From NCBI GenBank assembly GCA_037379345.1, contig CM074513.1:60367195-60431194 (forward strand): a stretch of 64,000 nt of DNA, given 5' to 3'. This document shows positions 56,139 through 64,000 of this stretch, in pieces (position 1 is the first letter of the stretch; every line of letters starts with the position of its first letter). The stretch is from Perna viridis. Taxonomy: Eukaryota. The notes under the pieces were generated by a model that had not been told where the DNA came from, ran no database searches, and was given only the letters and a program-made list of their open reading frames with translations. Position numbers and translations under genes: made by a program.

Positions 56139-56789
56139 TTTGTGTTTATCTTACTTCGCAACAAAAACCATTGATAACAAATCACTGAACTTGTTTAAGA
56201 CAGAATGATCCTTGTTTTTTTGTGTTCAATCAAGGAATCTAAAGATATGTCCTCTTGTCAATGGTACGGTCAACATTTTATAAACCCTTATTTTACAAAT
56301 AATTTGACACATTGACATATAGAAGGCTATTACAAAGGAGAATTAAGTACAATGTGTCCAGTTTTACCATGTTTTGTAATAGATGTTCTGTTTTATTGTG
56401 TAAAATGTAATTCTCTGTTAGGAAACACCTGACTGTAGGATAATTAGTGTTTGTTACGAATGGGCACTTAAATGCTTCACAAGACGTATCTATTTCCATC
56501 TAGGGAGGGAATTAAAATGAATTATTGGACGTGGTATATACTCTCCATAGCAGCAGTGCGAACAATCGTGGTTTATTAAGTTTTCACACAATTAAACAAA
56601 TAAATAAATCTTAAACGGGTCGTTCACAAATGTAGAAAAAGCTAGAAAGTTGCGCATCAGTTTCTCATAAAGCCGTTGCATAAAAAAAGATTCTTTCGTA
56701 GAACCGCAAGTATCCCAGTTTTGGACTATGAAAGGCTGTTCATATCAAAATTCTGATATACTCCGGATATGTTTTTTTGTTGTCACTTG

Positions 56790-57178
56790 GATCATACTAT
56801 ATGGGGAACAATGTTATAGATCACAACATTGGAAACAATGCTATAGATCATATTCTACATGTCGAGCAATGTTATAGATCACACTACACGGGGAACAATT
56901 TAATAGATCATACTACATGGGGAACAATATTATAGATTATACTACAATAGTGAACAATGTTATAGATCACAATACACGGGGAACAATTTAATAGATCATA
57001 CTACATGGGGAACAATATTATAGATTATACTACAATAGTGAACAATGTTATAGATCATACAACAAAGGGGAACAATGTTATAGATCATACTACACGGGGA
57101 ACAATGTTATAGATCATACTACATGGGGAACAATGTTATAGATCATACTACAATAGTGAACAATGTTATGTATCATAC
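56790..57178. repeat. 29-bp minisatellite, about 13 copies
   Basis: gatcatactacatggggaacaatgttata. Confidence 0.92.
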
Positions 57179-58809
57179 AACAACCAAACTGTTAGTCGCT
57201 TGAATATCAATGTAAAAATAACGACAACCAAACTGTCAGTCGTTTGAATATCAATGTACAAAACCAAAACCAATGTGTGTATACTACGCCGCATTTGAAC
57301 AATTGCTGAATCAAATATGCTTTTGGATAAAATGAACGCTTTCCGTTGCATGCATTAACTTCGAAAGATAGGTAAGTCAACTTATTGGCGCCAGTCAATT
57401 TTTGACAAATCTTACATTTTGCATATTACGATGTCTTCACGGGATGGTCTATACAAAAAGAGGTTTGTTTGGGTTTTGAACTCTCAATTTCAAAGGTGTC
57501 TGAACTCACCCCCCATTCATACATATATTTTTAATGGAAAAACAAACTCTCACAAAGCAGTCCAGGTAGGCAGAATTTTCTTATTGCAGTTTAAGGGGGA
57601 CACAAAAATGGTCCGTATCTGGAGTTCAAGGTCATACAAGGCTTCCTCTTACCACATCATAATTAGAATTTGATGTACCATACACGTACATGTATATATA
57701 TCGTATATATCAGGGGATGGTGCAGGGGGTTGACACCCCTCCTTTTTATTGAAAAATATGTCATTTCATGTGTTACATGTAAATTGACAAAAATATGGTA
57801 AAATGTCCCAGCCCCCTCTCCCCAGACTTTTTCTAAGGAACCCCGGCTAGAAACCGTCCTTTTTAAGTGTCTGGGTCCGTACCTGTATATGAACTATAGG
57901 TAATTTTGGTGTTTTGCTGCACAACACATGGCATCGAGGAACCTGCTAAGTTAAGGTAGTCCCATAAGCTGTCCATCACTATAACATAAAGCCATTGATC
58001 ACCAACAGTTATGAGGGACTGTACATCATACACGTAAAGGTTATGTACATGTAGAAGTACACGTAGGTACATTCCTAAGGGGCTCCAAAGATTTACAGTT
58101 TTGTTATATGTGTATATGCTAGAATGCAAGTACTGACAATTCTTGATATAGTTTTGAATTTAACCATTTTTTCGATGAATTTGTACCAATAAAGTAAAGT
58201 TTATACATGTACATAAAAATACTAGTATAATTTTAGCCATCATCATACATATACATTGTATATGTAAATATTACTCTTTTTCAAGATGTTTACCATATCA
58301 AATCTTTAATCATCTATACTTACCATTTTTGTTTCATTTCCGATTTATAGAAAAATAGCAATTTATGACTTTATGTATATGTAGTAGTGTGTAAATAGTT
58401 AATGAACCTTATCCGAATAAACAGGTGAAATTTCCAGGAACAACCAGGTATGGTTCCTCTGAAGCTACAGAACAATGTACAACCTGAACGTATGTTTCAG
58501 TTATATAGAAAAATCTGTACAATGGGTCCTTCAAGTCTACAATGCGAAATATCATAAAGTGTTTACTGGCTTTCGAAATCAAAACACTTAAATACATGTA
58601 TAAGCATGAACAAAATCTCAAAATTGAGAAACCTGTTGATTATTTTTTTCTGGTTTCTGTAAACATGTACATGTATTTGTATCACTCAACATTCTTTTTT
58701 TCAGTAATGATTGGTTTAAATTATTTTTCCATTAGTAAAATCTATTTTTTTTAATTTTTTGATTTGCTTGATCATAAAACATGTAAGTGGAGAAAGAGTT
58801 TATGAAATA

Positions 58810-60345
58810 ATAATCAAGGGAACCAAGATTCTAGCGGAAATCAAAAGAATGTAATCCAGAGACATAGACCAGACATGGAAGAGTAATCAAGGGAACAAAG
58901 GTTATAGCGCGCGGTAATCAAAATAATGCAATCCAGGGACAAAGATCAGACATGGAAAACAGACAATCCCAAAAAGAACATAAAGTAACTAAAATAATAC
59001 ATACAAAGTAACAAAAGTAAATGAGCAACTCAGACTCCACTAAAAACTGGGAGCATGGACCAGATGCACCTGCAGGGTAAGCGTTCTCTGCTTTTCTAGA
59101 AACACCCGCCAAGTTGCTCATAAAAAGGTAAGCCCGGGGAAAACGAAAGAGGAAAGAAAAACCATGATATGTTGAACAAATCAGTTTTCATGGTGCAGTT
59201 GGATACACCGTATCGATTCACGCGTTCATGATGACGACCATAAAACGTCTGTAGTAATGACGTCAATCTTGTAGCAACATAACCCTGTTCCAGAAGCCTA
59301 ATTGTAAGAAGTCTAGCGCGACACAAAATGTCTGCGTAGTTACGACAAGATATGGCATAACGTATGAGTTGTGTTATGAAAACTCCATACGCAGGTGCTG
59401 AAGGGTTGTTGCCACAGATGAAAGGAAAGTTGACAATTCTGAATGAAAAGTCATCACGTTTTTCGTAAAGTTTGGTCAAAAGTTTTCATTTACCATCGAT
59501 CTCTATGTGTGGATCAAGATATCAGGCTGACTTTACAGTGTCTGTGGTATCCTTTATTTCAAGTTCTTTTGAGTAGATGCGATGTATCAAATCCCCGAAA
59601 CTAGGATTGTTTAAAGATAGCTCGTCATCTATATAGCGGAAACTGAGATTATAGGATCTAGATAAACGATATCCTTTCTTTCTTTCTTTCGGATAAGACC
59701 AGCTATAAAGTCAACCTCATAAGAGTGAAGGAATAGGTCAGCAAATAGAGGAGCACAATTTGTTCCCATTGGAATACCGACTGTTTGTTGAAAAACGCGT
59801 CCACCACATTGGATAAACATGTCGATTAAAAATTCCAGTATTTTGCAAGCAACTTCTGTGTATTTGGAAGATGATTTGAAATTATTTTTACAAAGTATAA
59901 AGAATCTCTACCAAGAACTATATATTTGTATCTAGATGTACCATCTTTTTTTTGGAAAAACAACGAAGTATAATGTTTTAAGTCGAGATTTTAACTGAGT
60001 ATGGGGAATAGCAGTATGTAATGTTGAAAAATCATAGGTTTTAATGCTATTATATTCTATTATGTTTTTCAGGATCCACTACACGAGTAACAAGTGTTGT
60101 GGTAGGACTGGAGACCCTCTTTGGCAGCTGTAAATATAGAAGTTGAAAGTTTTGAAAAAGGTTTGGTGGTACATTTTGCAGATCCATTTATTTAGCGTTG
60201 TTGGTACAGGTTCTTGTGGAGTTTAGGGATCCATGCAGTACATAGAAGGTAATATCACAATCATCGTATTTGTTAGAGAGACCGAAAGAGGACAGCACAG
60301 CTTTGTGGTTTTTCACTGTCTCTTCTTTGGGGAGTGCAGTGGAAG
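58810..60345 (-). mobile_element. Penelope-like retroelement relic (frameshifted RT)
   Basis: WIPKLHK, QQTVGIPMGTNCAPLFADLFLHSYE and KLYEKRDDFSFRIVNFPFI motifs; tandem-duplicated 3' end at 58810-58960. Confidence 0.85.
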
Positions 60346-60578
60346 TATGAAATTGTATTAATCTACTTTTCTGGGCTCATTTATTATGATATAATACACA
60401 TGTGTATGTAAAGCAAAAATACACTGAAGTACATGCAAGGTTTTTAAACAATGTTAAGTCATAGTTATGATGTTGTCTTTAGAATATTGGCCATTGATTT
60501 TGAATTGTACACAGTGAGATTTACAGCATGATTAAAACTATATGACTAACTACATACACTCAATCAACTTTTTGTATA

Positions 60579-63500
60579 GTTTAAGCATATTTTATTTGTA
60601 ATAAACAAAATGGACCAGACACAAGTAAAATAACATACCTTCTTCTCCTGTAATAATAATAATTACAATAAAATATAGGCATACAATAGTGTTATTTATG
60701 TTTTACAAAGTTAAGACGAGACAGTAAAAATATAACATTAGGTGATGTGATGTGATGTGATGTGATGTGTACTAATTCAGCTCAAGCAATAAGGAATCTT
60801 TTCGTGCATTTAACGAAGGAATATACACAGTCAAACACAACCTGATATTGTTTTTCTGATAGATTTTCCGCAAGACCAACAAGTAGATGTAGGTCTATAT
60901 TGCAAAATTCAAGAACCCACTGTAGGTCGCTCATTAGTATGGTTCTTGCATTGTTATAAAGAGGGCATACAAAAAAGTTATGGTGAGCAGTCTCGTAGGT
61001 ATGACCACAATGACACGATGGACTTTGTGTAATATTGACTCTATACAAATCAAAGTTTAAAAAGGATGAAGAATTACGAAGTTGAGTTATCAATATATTT
61101 AAATTTCTTGGGCCGTAGCAAAAATGTTTGGGAACAGTCACTGGTATTCAAATTGTTTGGATGCCTGAATCTCCCTTAATGTTCTATCTAGTTTATTCCA
61201 TTCAACTATTGTTGATGGAAAAAAAAGGATTCACGAGTCACCGACAGCCTACAAAAGGGAACAATGATATCTTCACCATTCCGAAGCGGATATACTGTAG
61301 TAGATTGAGTCTTTGGTGACATTAGATCTTGTAAATAATCCGGAACTATTTTATTATATATTTTATGAAATAAATTAATTTTTTTACGTTTTCTTCGATC
61401 TTCTAGTTTTTCCAATCCAATTTCTCGATATACTTGCTACGATTGGGTGAATATCGGTAAGCCAGTTATTATTCTAGCAGCTTCGAGTTGTAAAGTTTCT
61501 AGCTTTTGAGTGTTTACTATCCCACAATTATCCCAGACTTCTGAGACATATTCAAATAAAGGTCGGATATACACTGTGAATAATTCCGAGAAAGTTTAAA
61601 TTTTAATTTTCGAAGAATACTATGATGCTTTCTAATCGAGGTGGCTAGATTTTCTATGTGATCGTTCCATTTTGCGTCGTCACTAAAAGTAACTCCCAGA
61701 TGTTTGAGTTTTGTTACGCGGAATGTCTTTTCCGTTCAGAGTGAAATTTATAGTTGGAAGATCAACCTTTGAAAACATAATAATTTCTGTTTTATTTGGG
61801 TTAAAGTCCATTAACCATGTTTTTGACCATTTGTCCAACGATAAAAGATCGCAATCAATAACATTTTTTATTTCTGTTATGTTGTTGCTTGAGTAGCCGA
61901 ATGATGTATCATCAGCGAAAATCCTACAAAGGAAACATAGACTATCTGCTATGTCATTTATATAAATTATGAATAAAAGGGGTTCTAATACTGAGCCTTG
62001 CGGCTGTCCGACCGACGTATTGCAAAGATCTGACGAAGACGTCTTTATGACTACCTGTTGTTTCCTATCTTTAAGATAGCTATGAAACCAATCCAAAAGT
62101 TTACCTTGTATGTCATATGATTTCATTTTATGCAATAACCCCCCGATGCCATACTTTATCAAAGGTCTTTGAGAAATCGCAAAATACAAAACATGATATT
62201 TCTTTCTTTTCCAGTGATTTGAATATTTTGTTATACATTTCAATTAACTGATGAACTGTGGATCGTTCTGGTAGAAATCCCGATTCAAACTTGTATAGTA
62301 AATTGTTTGAATAAAGGTGGTTGTAAGTATACTTATAAACAACCCTTTCCATTACTTTCCCAACACAGCTTAAAAGAGAAATGGGTCTGTAATTAGAGGG
62401 TAATGAAGTATCACCTTTCTTTAAAATTGGAATCACGTTTGAAAGTTTCCACTGCGAGGGAAATATACCGTGCTGTAAGGATTAATTATAGAGGCTTAGC
62501 AATTAGCAATAATTTCGGGGTATACTTTTAACATTCTATGACTTATCAGGTCTGGTCCTGATGCCTTATTTAGCCTGAGAGTTTGAATGATGTCGACAAT
62601 GTCCTGTAAAGTTGCTGTTGGTATGTCAAGTCTAGCATAGTTTTAATTGGGAAATCAGGAAGATTTATATTATCATCATCAATTTTTTATATCGATGAGA
62701 AATACTTGTTTAATATGTTACACTTCTCGTCGTCTCTATAAGCGTTTGCTTCTACACTGCGGTCATTGATTATGTTTTGTAAGGGTGGCAATTCCTTTGA
62801 ACCTTTGTTTGATTTGATTAATATTTTCATTATTTTCCAGTATGCTTTAGGATTCGATGTGTGTTCTAAGATAATATTATCTAAATTAATTTCAAACTTT
62901 TCTTTCAGTGATTGTTTAAGATTGTTAACTTTATTCCTTTTTTTTTTACCGTGCTTTATCGGAATCGCGTCCAAACTTTTGCACTTTTTCCGTAGTATAT
63001 CTCTTATACGAATTTCTTACGAATTTGGTTATTAAACCATGGCTTGTCACAACTGCGGATGGTAATGTGTTTTGATGGTATGCTGTCACCAGCAATTGTC
63101 TGAAATCTTTCAGTAAATATTTCGCAAGTTTCGTCAACTGATTTCCCGTTAAACAACTCAAACCAGTCTGTATCGCGGAAAACTTATTGACATCTGCATG
63201 ATCATATAGCCAGATTTTCCGTTTAAAAGATCAGAAAGTCGGTTTAGGACACTCAACTAGTGCTATTACGGCATCGCGGTCACTGATTTTTCTTGGAACA
63301 TCTAACACGTCCGAGTATAAAGAATTTAAGGAGTCAGATATTATGATGGGTTCTAATAACGTCTGGCTATGGTCAGTTACCCTAGTAGGTTTATCTATTA
63401 CATTACTTAGATTGAAAATGTTCATTGTATCTATTAGCTTATTATTGTTTATGACGAGGAGGTCAGAGTTTAAGTCACCGGCAATGATAATATTTTGATT

Positions 63501-64000
63501 ACATTGGTACACCAATTCAATAGCATGCTTTGTAAACAATAGCCCAGATCTGTCCACTCCGGTCGGCAAGTGGCACGCAAAAGACAATTTAGACCACGTG
63601 ATTTAACTTTCATCTACTTGATTTTCTAAGTGATTTAATCTGGATATACTTACTTCGTTTTTGGATTAATATTCCACCTCCAGCTCTATTTCGATCTTTA
63701 CGGACCACAGTTTTTGAAAATGCATCTAGTTCAAGATCTTTATCGTTTATGCTGTCGTGACATTTTGACTCGGTGACTATCAGAATATCAAATTCATCGC
63801 AAAATTTTCCAAACATTTCTCATTTATTTCGAACACTACGGATATTTATGTTGCAAATAGATAACGATTTTCAGCAAAATGGATTTTGTCATGATTCGGA
63901 GGACCTGGATTTTGCTCGACATTTCCTATCAGAAGTATAAAGTGCAGTACGTATAGTAGAATTAATGCATTAATATTTGGTGCAGCAGATTGTAAGACCG
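60579..64000 (-). mobile_element. CR1-like LINE, near-complete but frameshifted ORF (APE endonuclease + RT + C-terminal CCHC)
   Basis: IIIAGDLN, NYRPISLLSCVGKVME, FCDFSKTFDKVWH, PQGSVLEPLLF, IFADDT, CHCGHTYETAHHNFFVC; aataaaatatgcttaa tail; runs off the window edge. Confidence 0.93.

Overview
AT-rich eukaryotic genomic DNA, almost certainly a bivalve mollusc. The tropomyosin sequence is mytilid-type and, from memory, closest to Perna viridis. There are two spliced + strand genes. (1) A MARCH2/3-like RING-CH membrane E3 ligase with six coding exons (8009-16560, about 490-510 aa); its introns hold minisatellites, one amplified from its own exon/donor junction. (2) A complex tropomyosin locus (25950-44938) with three alternative N-terminal exons, mutually exclusive clusters for exon 4 (x4), 5 (x2), 6 (x3) and 8 (x2), and two terminal exons; the canonical path gives exactly 284 aa. 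The most notable item is a ~200-aa low-complexity, Lys-rich alternative N-terminal exon. Its last ~35 residues resemble, from recall, the junction motif of the Drosophila atypical tropomyosin Tm1-I/C (kinesin-1/mRNA adaptor). The locus also carries a set of very divergent alternative exons, ultra-short introns, a candidate RNA stem around exon 6b and dense TGCATG elements. The remainder is Helitron/Helentron-type elements, MITEs, two TSD-flanked SINE-like copies (one full length with a pseudoknotted non-tRNA head), Penelope-like and CR1-like relics (one with a 2A-like motif), and many minisatellites. All calls are by manual reading; no searches were run.
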